NCBI GenBank assembly: GCA_965223325.1
Contig: CBDCWI010000001.1
Span: 512,001 to 576,000, forward strand
Length of the DNA stretch: 64,000 nt
DNA from: Candidatus Multivoradales bacterium
GTDB lineage: Bacteria; Acidobacteriota; Thermoanaerobaculia; Multivoradales; Multivoraceae
Direction of reading: 5' to 3'
The translations under genes were made by a program, and so were the position numbers. Of this stretch, positions 1 through 9,882 are shown piece by piece; positions within the stretch are counted from its first letter, which is position 1, and every line of letters begins with the position of its first letter. The notes beneath the pieces were generated by a model. It did no database searches, was not told the DNA's origin, and saw nothing but the letters and a program-made list of their open reading frames with translations.

Positions 1-2
1 AC

Positions 3-992
3 GCACTCAGCCATCGCTACTCGCGCGAAGACAATCTGCTGCGCTTCTACGCCAGGTTCGCCCATCTGGTGCCGCTCCTGCGACGAGCACTCGAGTGGGC
101 GATCTACGTTTCAGTCGCCGGGCTGGTGGTCATGCAGATCGAACCGATCTCGCCAATGGCGAGCTGGGCATCGCGCATCATTTCGATCATCGGCGTGCTC
201 TTCTTGAGTCGCGTGTTCGTCGAGGCTACATCGCTGGCCGCCGAAGAGTTGTTGATCAACCGCGCCAACCTCGACGGCCAGCAGGCGCAACGCCGCCGCA
301 CGATCGTGCCCATCATCCAAATGGGCCTCAAGTACGCGGTCTATTTCTGCGCCGCGATCATCGTGCTCAAGCAGCTCGGCATCAATCCAACTCCCGTCCT
401 GGCCGGCGCCGGCATCGTCGGTCTTGCGGTCGGGCTGGGGGCTCAGAACCTGATCAATGACCTGGTCTCGGGTTTCTTCATTCTGTTCGAGGACTACTAC
501 CTGGTTGGCGACTTCATCTGCGTCGACGACGCCGAGGGGTTCGTCGAGCAAATCGACCTGCGCACCACTCGCATTCGTGATGACGACGGCCGTCTGCACA
601 TTGTTCGCAACGGCAACATCGAAAAGGTCCTGCACTACTCGAAGGGCTATTCGGTTGCGGTGGTCGAGCTGCGGGTCTCCTACGAAGCAAACCTCGACCA
701 GGTTTTCGACACCCTCGAAGCGATCTCAGCCGAGATGCTCGAGTCCCATCCGGATGTCCTGGAGCCATCAGAGATTCGCGGCCTCGAAGACTTCGGCGAG
801 TCGGCGATGATTCTCGAAATCGAAACCAAGGTCACACCCGCCCACCACCTCGACGTGGCGCGTGACATGCGCCGGCGCATCAAAACGCGCTTCGATGAGC
901 TCGGCATTCGCATGCCCTACGCCAAGCGAGTGCTGCTCACCCAGGACGACGATGGCGGGGTCGTCCTCGCCAGTCCCACGCGACCTTCGTAG
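3..992 (+). CDS. Small-conductance mechanosensitive channel (MscS family), 5'-truncated by window edge
   Basis: Frame is open from position 3. TM segments, then AGAGIVGLAVGLGAQNLINDLVSGFFILFEDYYLVGD and LRTTRIR, typical of MscS. Confidence 0.9.
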   Translation, partial: ALSHRYSREDNLLRFYARFAHLVPLLRRALEWAIYVSVAGLVVMQIEPISPMASWASRIISIIGVLFLSRVFVEATSLAAEELLINRANLDGQQAQRRRTIVPIIQMGLKYAVYFCAAIIVLKQLGINPTPVLAGAGIVGLAVGLGAQNLINDLVSGFFILFEDYYLVGDFICVDDAEGFVEQIDLRTTRIRDDDGRLHIVRNGNIEKVLHYSKGYSVAVVELRVSYEANLDQVFDTLEAISAEMLESHPDVLEPSEIRGLEDFGESAMILEIETKVTPAHHLDVARDMRRRIKTRFDELGIRMPYAKRVLLTQDDDGGVVLASPTRPS

Positions 993-1012
993 GCGCTGGG
1001 CTGCCGAAGCCG

Positions 1013-2494
1013 TTAGCGCGATGGGAGGGGCGGCTTCTGGTCTTTCGGAATCGGTGAAACGTAAGGCTCGCCGCCGGTTTTCTGACGGTGAAAGGCCTGC
1101 GCCGCTTCCAGAAGCTCGGCATCGGTCAAGAGGTCCATCGCAGTCAGAGCCAGCACACGTGCTGCGATCTGCGCTGCGCGCGCCGCCTCGGGGCGCCCGT
1201 GCGACGCCGAGGTCGCCCAGCTGTGCCAAGGCAGACCGGTGCCGGCCGAGGCCACGTTGATGCTGACGGTGGGTGTGATCCAACTGACTTCGGCAACGTC
1301 GGTCGAGCCACCCAAGGGCGGCTCCGGCCCCGAAGCGAGCGGCTTGACCTCGGTCGCCAGCCCCTTCTCGTCGACCTTCAGGTACGCCTGCAGCTGGCGC
1401 GCCCAGGCATGCTCGGCCGGGGCGTACAGCGGGCCACCGACGCGCTCGAAGTTGGCCTGCGCAGCTTCTTGGAGCGGACGGTTGAGGAGCGACTCGTGTA
1501 CCCCGCTGGTCAGTGTCACCTCGTATTCGGTTCGGGTGGCCATCGCCGCCCCGGCTGCGATATCGAGAATCCAGGCGTAGTTGCGCTCGACCTTGGTTCG
1601 GTCAATGTCACGAACGTAGTACCAGACGCGCGCATAGTCGGGAACTACATTCGGCGCCTCGCCGCCGTTTTGAATCACGTAGTGAATGCGCGCCGTGGGT
1701 TCGATGTGCTCGCGCATCATGTTGACACCGTAGTTGAGCATCTCGACGGCATCGAGAGCGGAGCGACCGTTCCAGGGGTCGAACGCTCCATGCGCCGACT
1801 GGCCGCGAAACTCGACGGTGAAGTTGTTGAGCGCCTGACCGGTCTGGTTGGCAACTCCGTTCTCGACAAACGGGTGCCAGTCGAGGGCTGCGTCGAGATC
1901 GTTGAACAGATCTGCATTGGCCATGTAGACCTTGCCAACGACGGTCTCCTCGGCCGGCGAACCGTAGAGCCTGATCGTGCCCGCGAGACCACTCTCCTCC
2001 ATCACCTCACGCACCGCCATTGCTGCGCCGACCGAACCCGCACCGAAGAGGTTGTGACCGCAACCATGACCGTGCGGGTGCCCATCGGAACGTTTCACCT
2101 TCTCGGGAACCGGCTCGTTACCGATGTTGGGTAGCGCATCGTACTCGGCCAGAATGCCCAGGATCGGCCGGCCGCTTCCCCACTCGGCAACAAAGGCCGT
2201 CGGCATGCCCGCCACGCCTCGTTCGACCCGGAAACCCGCTTCCTCGAGAACCTCAGCCAGGAGAGCTGCAGACTGCGTTTCCTCGAGGGCGATCTCGGCA
2301 TGCTTCCAGAGCGCCGCCGCCATCGCCGCAATCTCGCCGTCGCGGGTTTCGACGGCACGGAGCGCCGCACTCCGCACCTCCTCGTCGCCGGCTAGAGCGG
2401 CGTCGCTGGAGAAGAAGGGCGCCACGGCAAGGGTCGACAGAAGAAGTAGGACGGGAGCCCGACTCGGTGAAGCGACAAATGGATCTCTGCGCAT
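1013..2494 (-). CDS. M20/M40-family amidohydrolase (AbgB-like), signal peptide
   Basis: Motifs ILAEYDALP, HGCGHNLFG, PAEE, WHP, G-x-S-A-H, GSTDVAEVSW and PWHSW. Start set at ATG 2494. Confidence 0.85.
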   Translation of the reverse strand: MRRDPFVASPSRAPVLLLLSTLAVAPFFSSDAALAGDEEVRSAALRAVETRDGEIAAMAAALWKHAEIALEETQSAALLAEVLEEAGFRVERGVAGMPTAFVAEWGSGRPILGILAEYDALPNIGNEPVPEKVKRSDGHPHGHGCGHNLFGAGSVGAAMAVREVMEESGLAGTIRLYGSPAEETVVGKVYMANADLFNDLDAALDWHPFVENGVANQTGQALNNFTVEFRGQSAHGAFDPWNGRSALDAVEMLNYGVNMMREHIEPTARIHYVIQNGGEAPNVVPDYARVWYYVRDIDRTKVERNYAWILDIAAGAAMATRTEYEVTLTSGVHESLLNRPLQEAAQANFERVGGPLYAPAEHAWARQLQAYLKVDEKGLATEVKPLASGPEPPLGGSTDVAEVSWITPTVSINVASAGTGLPWHSWATSASHGRPEAARAAQIAARVLALTAMDLLTDAELLEAAQAFHRQKTGGEPYVSPIPKDQKPPLPSR

Positions 2495-2580
2495 GATTGG
2501 TCTCCGGTTCTCAGATCGCCCAGAAAGGGCCCACAGGGCGCAGCTATACCACGCCTGATCAAGGGCCGAACGGCGCCGCC

Positions 2581-4374
2581 TCATTGCCCGGTCCTCGACC
2601 AGGCCGCGAAATCGCCAGCCTCGAAGTCGTCACAGAAGAGGCAATCGCAGCGCACTCGCGGGCAGGCCTCGTCGGCGCCGATATCGGGTGCTGGCCCGTA
2701 CGGTCTGACCTCGCCGTCGATGTCGCGCAGAACTGTGGCGTTTTCAAGGGCCTGATCCCGAGCGCAGGTGTCGTCGCCTGCGAGATGAAAGTCGCCGGGT
2801 CCTCGCCACACCGGCGTGCATTCGCGCGACGAGCGATCCTGGCCTTGCTCGCTCTGCCAGGTGTCGACCGGGGTGAGCTCCGGCCAGTGGAAACCGGGAC
2901 CGCCCGAGAAGACGTTCCTGTCTGAACTGAACTCCGCCGGCAGCGGACCCTGCCAGCCGCTCCAGGACATTGAGTAGTAGCCGTCGCGAAGGTCAGAGAA
3001 GATGTTGTTGGCGACCCGTACCTCGTTGAGCTCGAACGGGAAGTCCTCCGCGCATTGATCAACCCGCAGACCGAAGCGAAACCCGGTGATGGTGTTGTGG
3101 TCGATCACAAAGCGGTTGGTAAAGGCGTCGGGGTGCCCGGACGAGACGAAAATGGCGGAACCGTCGGTCTCCCCGCCCGAGAACTGAATCGCGTTGTTGC
3201 GCAGAACAACGTCCTCGACGGCCAGAGCCGCACCGTTCTCTTGCGAGCGCGGGCTACAGTCCTTGATCGCCACCATTGAAGCGTAGCGGTTGCACACCAC
3301 CGAACTGCTGCGGATGACGTTGCCCTCGACCCGGTGATGGGCGTTCTTGCGCTCACCGAACCGGCTGTCGGTTCCCAGGGTGATCGCGGTGACGCAGTTC
3401 TCGAACACGTTGTCCTCGATGACGCCGTGCTGGACATCGTTCGAGAACGACACCGCCGCCTGAGACGTGCAGCCGTCCTCGTTCGGCTGGCGACCGCTAC
3501 CGTCACACAGGAACACGTTGTCGGCCACGGTCAGGCGATCAACTGAGGCACCCCAGGCTTTCAAACCGGTGCTTACAACTTCCACCAGGTTGCGCCGAAA
3601 GGTAATGTCGTGGCCACCGAAGTAGCGCATCACGAAGCCGCCAATGTCACGAAACTCATTGTCCTCGACCAGCAGGCGGTTGGCGCCAGACGGCATGATC
3701 GCGATGTGAGCAGAGCCGCTGGTCGTCCAGTCGCAACCCGGCGCCAGAGTCTCGAAGCGGTTGTGGTGGAGCCACCAGTCGTCGCCTCCTGAGCCCCACG
3801 GGAAGGCGACGAACTGAACGTTGCCACCACAGCCGGTCGCCGAGTCGTAGTTGCGGAAGTGGAGGTAGGAAACCTCGACGTTGTCGGGCTTGGGGATGCC
3901 GAGGGTCAACGCAACGCTTCTCGTGTTCTCGCCGTCGAGGACGAAGGATTCGTCATCGAGTCTGCCATCGTGATCGGTGTCCCACGCTGTCAGTCGGTTG
4001 CGGCGGTCGCCCGATGGGCCTCCCGTATGGACTGTCAGCTGTTCGTGGAACACTCCCCGCCCTCTGCACTCGAAGGGCCCGGCCGCCTCCTGCCAGCGAT
4101 CGAGACACTCCTGGAGCGTCGCGAGGGGCAGCTGCTCGGTGCCCGGCTGGTTGTCGCCTCCGGCCTCGGCGTCGACAAAGAGGATCGTCCGAACCTCGCC
4201 GTTCGGAGGTGCTAGGGCGTCCAGGGCGGAGCCGAGCGACAAGAGCGCCGCTGACAGCGTCAACAAGCGTAGATTCGCTCTGAACCTGGAGCGCCGCGTT
4301 TCGGTGGGTGGCCGTGCGCCGCTCTTGGACCTTGGCCCAGCCTGGGTCAAGAACCGGTCTCGTCGAGGAGCCAT
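2581..4374 (-). CDS. Secreted right-handed beta-helix protein with choice-of-anchor-Q-like tail and C-terminal FxDDFE motif
   Basis: Repeated V/I-x-x-N-x-F units; DIDGEVRPYGPAPDIGADE; ends LFCDDFEAGDFAAWSRTGQ. Start is uncertain. Confidence 0.7.
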   Translation of the reverse strand: MAPRRDRFLTQAGPRSKSGARPPTETRRSRFRANLRLLTLSAALLSLGSALDALAPPNGEVRTILFVDAEAGGDNQPGTEQLPLATLQECLDRWQEAAGPFECRGRGVFHEQLTVHTGGPSGDRRNRLTAWDTDHDGRLDDESFVLDGENTRSVALTLGIPKPDNVEVSYLHFRNYDSATGCGGNVQFVAFPWGSGGDDWWLHHNRFETLAPGCDWTTSGSAHIAIMPSGANRLLVEDNEFRDIGGFVMRYFGGHDITFRRNLVEVVSTGLKAWGASVDRLTVADNVFLCDGSGRQPNEDGCTSQAAVSFSNDVQHGVIEDNVFENCVTAITLGTDSRFGERKNAHHRVEGNVIRSSSVVCNRYASMVAIKDCSPRSQENGAALAVEDVVLRNNAIQFSGGETDGSAIFVSSGHPDAFTNRFVIDHNTITGFRFGLRVDQCAEDFPFELNEVRVANNIFSDLRDGYYSMSWSGWQGPLPAEFSSDRNVFSGGPGFHWPELTPVDTWQSEQGQDRSSRECTPVWRGPGDFHLAGDDTCARDQALENATVLRDIDGEVRPYGPAPDIGADEACPRVRCDCLFCDDFEAGDFAAWSRTGQ

Positions 4375-4727
4375 CGCGTCAGGCTGCGGAGTTCGTCTGA
4401 TGTTCCCGTCCACGGCACGGTGTGGCGCGTCCCGCGCCCGTCACGGCGCTCCTCGAGCAGCTTTTCGATCTGCTCTTGGCTCCACCCCGCGGTCCCTCGT
4501 TTGAGGACGTAGCCGCGTGTACGAGGGGCGCTGATCTCCTTCGTTCCGTCGCGTCGCTCGACCGAGTGGCAACGCTGGCACTTGTGGTCGACGAAGATCT
4601 CCTCGGCAGCGGCGGCGGTGCCCGTGGTGGGCTCCTCGAGCGCAGTCAGGGTACTCGCAACGATGGCAACCGCCAAAACGGCGAGGAGGTGGCACAGCTT
4701 GCTTCGTCTTGTCACCGCATGGGTCAC
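4347..4727 (-). CDS. Small periplasmic monoheme cytochrome c
   Basis: Signal peptide and a single CQRCH motif; directly downstream of nosY. Confidence 0.7.
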   Translation of the reverse strand: MTHAVTRRSKLCHLLAVLAVAIVASTLTALEEPTTGTAAAAEEIFVDHKCQRCHSVERRDGTKEISAPRTRGYVLKRGTAGWSQEQIEKLLEERRDGRGTRHTVPWTGTSDELRSLTRWLLDETGS

Positions 4728-4898
4728 GAAATCGTTCTCCTACGCCCTCGCGTGCGTCGGGGCGTTCTCGAAAGAAGGCCTGAGGACTCTGGGAAGCCCT
4801 TAGTCTACGCGCCTCGACATCGGTTCGCGCCTGCCGGGGAGGTAGCGGCCGGCCTTGCGGGCGACGAACGACCGCTCGAGTCGAGCAGACGATCCGAT

Positions 4899-5795
4899 CT
4901 ACCAGTTGATTTGACTGTGCCTGAACCCCCCGGCGGCAAGCGACAACGGAACGACCAACCAGGCTGCCCAACCAAGGGCGAGCAATGCGGCGGGCACCCG
5001 CAGACCCAGCGGGGGAAGAGAGTCACGCAGTCCGGGTGCCATCGACAAGACGGTGAGCCGAAAGAGGCTCACCGGTGACGTGGACATCGACCACGGCGCA
5101 ACCCTCGCTCCTCTCGAGCCTGCACCCGTTGGCGCCGCGAGCTCGGAGTGACCGCGACCGCCAACCTCGACCGCCTGCGGTGCCTCGGTGGCCACGAGAC
5201 CCGCGAGCAGCATGGCATCGATCGCAAACACGAGCACCATCCAGGCAACCAACGCCGCACCAAAAGAACGCAACCGCGTCTGGCCGAGTACTCCAACCAG
5301 ACAACCCAGGCCGCCACAGACCAGGGCGAGTAACCAGGTCGCCACACACAGCGCGAGGTAGTCGCTTCCACCGTCCCGGCCCCTGACCAGAAGAACCACC
5401 AGCGCCGCAGAGCCAAAGGCAACGAGAAAGGCCACCGAGAAGACCACCAATCGCCCCAGACATTTCCCTGCCAGGAGCGCGGTGCGCGAGATCGGCAACA
5501 GGAGAAGGGCGAGGAGTGAGTGGTCCTCGAACTCGCCCGCTATGGTTTCCGCACCGGTCAAGAGCGCGAGCAACGGAATCGTCACCCCGAGCACGGCGAG
5601 GGCCAGGGGCACCAAATCGTCGAAGGCCGCGATCGCGACCCTGCCCTGGCGAAGCGGCACCAAGATGACCGGCAACCAGGCCAGGACTGCGAGCACCATG
5701 AGTGCCCGCCGAACGATCCGGCTGCGTAGAAGCAGGCGCACTTCGCGCCGCGCCACCAGTAGGGCATGGTGAACCTGAAGACGTGCACTGCTCAT
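4899..5795 (-). CDS. nosY: ABC transporter permease NosY
   Basis: Multi-TM protein; IAGEFEDHSLLALLLLPISRTALLAGK is an ABC-2 permease signature; ATGA overlap with nosF. Confidence 0.8.
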   Translation of the reverse strand: MSSARLQVHHALLVARREVRLLLRSRIVRRALMVLAVLAWLPVILVPLRQGRVAIAAFDDLVPLALAVLGVTIPLLALLTGAETIAGEFEDHSLLALLLLPISRTALLAGKCLGRLVVFSVAFLVAFGSAALVVLLVRGRDGGSDYLALCVATWLLALVCGGLGCLVGVLGQTRLRSFGAALVAWMVLVFAIDAMLLAGLVATEAPQAVEVGGRGHSELAAPTGAGSRGARVAPWSMSTSPVSLFRLTVLSMAPGLRDSLPPLGLRVPAALLALGWAAWLVVPLSLAAGGFRHSQINW

Positions 5796-6529
5796 GGTGC
5801 CGCCTCCTCCTGGGCGTCTTGCCCTTCTTGGACGGCCTTCTGTGTCGCGAGAGCAAAAAGCGCCCGACAGGACGATGCAGAGGAATCGAACCGCGCCAAC
5901 AAGCGACCGTCGTCGAGGACAACGAGGGTGTTCGCTAACTGGTCGAGAACTTCGAACTCGTGACTCGCCACGACCACCGTCGCGCCACCCTGCGCGCGCT
6001 GACGCAAGGCCTCGACCACCCGCTCGAGGGTCGCCAGATCGAGCCCGACGAACGGCTCGTCGAAGAGCAGCAGCTCAGTGGGTTCGAGCAGCGCGACGGC
6101 CAGCCCCACCCGCCTCCGCCAGCCGCTCGACAAATGTCCAACGCGTCGGTTTTCGACCTCTCTCAGTCCAGCGACCGAACACACGTTTGTGCGCGCTTGC
6201 TGGGAGGCGCCGCGCGCCGCACAGGCAAAGCTGAGCACCTCCGCCACGGTGAGGAGTGGTGAAACCCCCGGACGCTCCGGCAAGTAGGCCGTTCCCGGGA
6301 GAACCTCTGGCGGCGCCACCTCCTGGGCGCGGAAACGTACCGACCCTTCGCTGGCGCGCACAAGACCAGCGGCCAGGGCGAGAGCGGTCGACTTGCCGGC
6401 CCCGTTGGCACCAACGAGCGCGGTCACCTCGCCGGGTCGACACACGAGGTCGAAACGTCGGAGCGCCGGCCGACTCGTACTGCCTAGGAAGCGGTGGGTT
6501 ACCGCTCTGAACTCGAGTCCCTCACCCAT
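5792..6529 (-). CDS. nosF: ABC transporter ATP-binding protein NosF
   Basis: Walker A GANGAGKST, signature LSSGW, Walker B LLLFDEP; lies between nosD and nosY. Confidence 0.85.
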   Translation of the reverse strand: MGEGLEFRAVTHRFLGSTSRPALRRFDLVCRPGEVTALVGANGAGKSTALALAAGLVRASEGSVRFRAQEVAPPEVLPGTAYLPERPGVSPLLTVAEVLSFACAARGASQQARTNVCSVAGLREVENRRVGHLSSGWRRRVGLAVALLEPTELLLFDEPFVGLDLATLERVVEALRQRAQGGATVVVASHEFEVLDQLANTLVVLDDGRLLARFDSSASSCRALFALATQKAVQEGQDAQEEAAP

Positions 6530-7772
6530 CGAGCGACCGGCGGCTTGTGACCAGGGGGCGAGAGTCCACAGGGCTTTCCTCGCTGAGCAGATTCGACTGC
6601 CACCAGTCGAGGAGTGCAAGAAGTGGGCTGGACCAGAACCAACGTGCAGCGGGATAGCGAGCGAGCAGGGCCGAGGCCGTTGTCTCCAGCCGGTAGGGAG
6701 TGTCGCCTACTCCATCGCCATTCCAGTCGAATCCCCTGTAGTCGCTCCAATAGTTGCCCAACCCTTCGACTGACCAACGGTTGTCGACCGGACGTCGGGC
6801 ATAGACCTGCACGACATTGCCATCGAAGTCATTCGCCCAGAGCGAGTTCGCCTCGGAGCCGGCGGTCAAGTAGACACCGACCCCGTTGGCCAAAAGACTG
6901 TTCCGGGTGAGGTCGTTATTGGCCGAATTCTCGAGGAACAGACCGCGACCGTTGCGCGCCAGGACGTTCTCTCGAACTGTCGACCCCTCGAGTTGCAGGC
7001 AGAGGATGCCGAACCGTTCGTTTTCAGCCGCCCGATTGCCGCGGATCACGTTGTTCATCGAGTACATGAGCGCGAAACCACCGACGGAGCGATCGAAGCG
7101 ATTGCCGCTCAACTCGTTGCGCTCGGAGTACATGTAGTGAATGCCGTAGCGCAGCCCCTCACCGTTGTTACTTTCAATGCGGTTGTCGTGAGCAAAGGAC
7201 AGGTAGATCCCGTCCCGTACGTCGACCAGCTGGTTGGCGAGAATCTGGTTGCGGCTGGTGTGCCAGAGGTGGATGCCGTTCCCTCGTCGCTCCCGCTCAG
7301 TGCTTCGGTCTCCAGTGATCACATTGCCAACGACCTGATGGCCGCTACCGGCGCGCAGGTAGATGCCGAACGCGCGCGCTTCGATCTGACAGTCGCGCAC
7401 CTCTCCTCGTTCGACCTCCTCGAAGAGCACAACCGCATCGTCTGCCGACAAGTCGGCGCCCGAGCCGCGAATCGTGAGACCGCAGAGCTGGACGCCGTCG
7501 GCGGTCACCCGGACTGTGGTGCCGTGACCCCCGCCATCGATCACGACACCCTCGCCGCCAGAAATCACAAGCCTCTTCTCGATCGTTAGCGGGCCCGGGT
7601 GAACGCCGGGCTCGAGCTGCAGGTGATCGCCGTCCTGCGCGTTTTCGAGCGCCACGCCGAGTTCCCCGGGTGCGACTCGAACGATGGCGGAGGTGGCCTC
7701 TCCTCTTGTCTCCGCAAACAGACCTTCGGCTGCCAGCCAGGTCAACAGAATCGCGGTCCTCAGGCTAGCCAC
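6522..7772 (-). CDS. nosD: Nitrous oxide reductase maturation protein NosD
   Basis: GNGIHLW, DGIYL, RYGIHYMYS, ALMYS and GNYWSDYRGFDWNGDGVGDTPY. GTG start 7772 inferred from overlap with the upstream stop. Confidence 0.92.
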   Translation of the reverse strand: MASLRTAILLTWLAAEGLFAETRGEATSAIVRVAPGELGVALENAQDGDHLQLEPGVHPGPLTIEKRLVISGGEGVVIDGGGHGTTVRVTADGVQLCGLTIRGSGADLSADDAVVLFEEVERGEVRDCQIEARAFGIYLRAGSGHQVVGNVITGDRSTERERRGNGIHLWHTSRNQILANQLVDVRDGIYLSFAHDNRIESNNGEGLRYGIHYMYSERNELSGNRFDRSVGGFALMYSMNNVIRGNRAAENERFGILCLQLEGSTVRENVLARNGRGLFLENSANNDLTRNSLLANGVGVYLTAGSEANSLWANDFDGNVVQVYARRPVDNRWSVEGLGNYWSDYRGFDWNGDGVGDTPYRLETTASALLARYPAARWFWSSPLLALLDWWQSNLLSEESPVDSRPLVTSRRSLDG

Positions 7773-9247
7773 TTCGAGGTGCCCGCCAGGAAGCGAAAGG
7801 CGAGGTCGGTGACGACGCGCTCGTTGCCGGTCAGAATGAGCCCGCCAACCAGAAACAAGAGCGCCGCGCTCACCGCCCGCAAGGCGCGCGTGAACGCCAT
7901 GCGCCTCGCGAGTGTCGGCTGAATGCGCGCGAAGCCCAGCGCGATCATCATCATCGGCACGGCAATGCCGAGCGAGTACAAGGTGAGGGTGATGAGCCCG
8001 GTGTACCAGGAGGTAATGCCGGCATAGACCAGCAGCGGATAGAGCACCGCCCCACCCATGCAGGTGAGACAGGCTGACGACAAGCCCATGCCGACCAGAA
8101 ACGAGTCGCGGGCCCGCAGGCCCTCGCCGTTGCGGGCGCGCTGCTGGCTCTCGAGCCGCCAACGTTTCAAGAGCCCTCCAGGCCGTGGCCCCGTGGGCTC
8201 ACCCCGCCGCCTCAATAGAGCAGGAAACCGATCGAGCAGACCGGAAACCCGAAGCGCAAAGTAGAGGATCAAGCTTCCACCGAAGACCTGGAAGATCTCG
8301 CCGTACTCGCCGAAAGGTCGCCGGACTCCTTCACCAATCAGGCCCACCGTCGCTCCGGAGACCGCATAGAGCAGGGTGAAGCCCACAACAAAAGCCGTGA
8401 GATTCGCAAGGACCTGGCGCTCTCGCCATCGCGCGCGGCCACCCGTACCGATAGAGAACGAACCGCGGGCCGATGGCTCCGAAGCATCGGCAGCGGTCAC
8501 GGTGCAAGCGATGATCGCGCTGTAGTAGAGGCTGAGCTCGAGGGCGCAGGGAGAAAGCACCACCAGAAGGGCACTGACCAACGCCAGGAACAGCGCCACG
8601 CGCACCGCCCAGCTCGTGCTGCCGGTGCCGGAAGTTTCAGGCAGGGGTAGCTGCCACTCGAAACGCCTCACCGGTGTCAGTCCCAGGTTGGTGGCTTCGA
8701 TCGAGAGGACCCCTTCGCTCTGGCGGAGGAAGAGCTCCCCAACCTGATCGCGAGCCGGAAACAGCACGAGGTAGGCGTTGTGATGCTGCGAGAGGACGAT
8801 CGGCTCGCTGAGCGACGGGTACCGCTGCCCCGACGGCCCAACGAGCGACAAGGTGTTGGGAAGGTGATGCATGTGCTCGATCGTGCCGGTGTGGGTGTTG
8901 AGCCCCACCAGGACCGGCAGCACCGTCTGCGGGTCACGCTCGCCGAGATAGCGCTCGAGTTTTCGGCTCTCGAGGAAACTCGGAGTGACCAGGGTGAGAT
9001 CGAGGTAGAGGTCGTCAAAGCCCGCACGGTCGGCATCACTTCGCTGCAACTCCGACGGCGGATGGGCAGCCTGAAAGCGCGGAATGAAGACCAGCCCAGC
9101 GAGAAACAGAAGCACCATGATGAGCAGTCCGCCGCACACGGCGAGCCAGGCGCCACGGCCCCGCCGGGGGTTCTCTTCTGGCTCGACGGCCGGCGGAGGC
9201 TTTTCTGTCCCGGGACCCAGCGGCTCGGAGCGTACAGGTAGAGTCAC
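7760..9247 (-). CDS. CcdA/DsbD-type membrane protein with N-terminal His-rich periplasmic domain
   Basis: C-terminal multi-TM domain with LSPC...CLTC cysteines and FVVGFTLLY / YSLGIAVP. N-terminal domain carries NTHTGTIEHMHH and SQHHN. GTGA overlap with nosB. Confidence 0.7.
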   Translation of the reverse strand: MTLPVRSEPLGPGTEKPPPAVEPEENPRRGRGAWLAVCGGLLIMVLLFLAGLVFIPRFQAAHPPSELQRSDADRAGFDDLYLDLTLVTPSFLESRKLERYLGERDPQTVLPVLVGLNTHTGTIEHMHHLPNTLSLVGPSGQRYPSLSEPIVLSQHHNAYLVLFPARDQVGELFLRQSEGVLSIEATNLGLTPVRRFEWQLPLPETSGTGSTSWAVRVALFLALVSALLVVLSPCALELSLYYSAIIACTVTAADASEPSARGSFSIGTGGRARWRERQVLANLTAFVVGFTLLYAVSGATVGLIGEGVRRPFGEYGEIFQVFGGSLILYFALRVSGLLDRFPALLRRRGEPTGPRPGGLLKRWRLESQQRARNGEGLRARDSFLVGMGLSSACLTCMGGAVLYPLLVYAGITSWYTGLITLTLYSLGIAVPMMMIALGFARIQPTLARRMAFTRALRAVSAALLFLVGGLILTGNERVVTDLAFRFLAGTSKWLA

Positions 9248-9882
9248 GGCGCGCTCCCGGCGGCGGCACCGCGGCGGCGCGAGCCGAACAAGAAGCAGGC
9301 GGTCATGACAAGCGCTCCCAAGAGTGACCAGCCGCCAGCTCCGAGACTCATCCAGGCGTCGAAGTTCGCCACCTGAACATGCCCCAGGATTGGCGGCGTG
9401 AAGTTCTCGACTCCCTCCATGACTTCGTCGGCGCGCTCGTGCCCCATCTGATACAGCCGATACTGGAGAACCGCTGCGGCACAACCTGAAACGGCCAATC
9501 CCAGAAGAAGGAGCGCCGCCGCGGCTCGCGGCAACAGACGGCGGGGTGCTCCTGCTGTCAGAAATGCCAGGACGGCAAGCAGTCCGAGCGCCCAGGGCAA
9601 AAGGCGCGTTTCGGGACCGTCCAACGGCAAGACGACGCCGACGTACTGGTTGAGGATGTCAATCTCCTGGAGATCACCCTCGATGCGGCCCGCCGACACC
9701 GTCACGGAAAGCGCTTCATCACCGCGGTACTGAGGGGCAACCATCTGAGTCCTCCAGAGCGGTAGAAAACAGCTGAGCACAAACAGTACCGCGGCGGTGA
9801 TCAACCAGGACCGGCCGCCCCTCGCGGCGCGGACGATCCAGGGAACAGGCTCGGAGCTCTCGCTGTCGTTAGCGGCCACCAC
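9244..9882 (-). CDS. nosB: NosB-like membrane protein of clade II nos clusters
   Basis: PLWRTQMVAPQY...GDLQEIDILNQYVG and FTPPILGHVQVANF; immediately downstream of nosZ. Confidence 0.75.
   Translation of the reverse strand: MVAANDSESSEPVPWIVRAARGGRSWLITAAVLFVLSCFLPLWRTQMVAPQYRGDEALSVTVSAGRIEGDLQEIDILNQYVGVVLPLDGPETRLLPWALGLLAVLAFLTAGAPRRLLPRAAAALLLLGLAVSGCAAAVLQYRLYQMGHERADEVMEGVENFTPPILGHVQVANFDAWMSLGAGGWSLLGALVMTACFLFGSRRRGAAAGSAP

Noticed and set aside
7773-8162. N-terminal extension of NosD in the track
   Set aside because: Out-of-frame overlap with the CcdA-like gene; the signal peptide starts near 7772.
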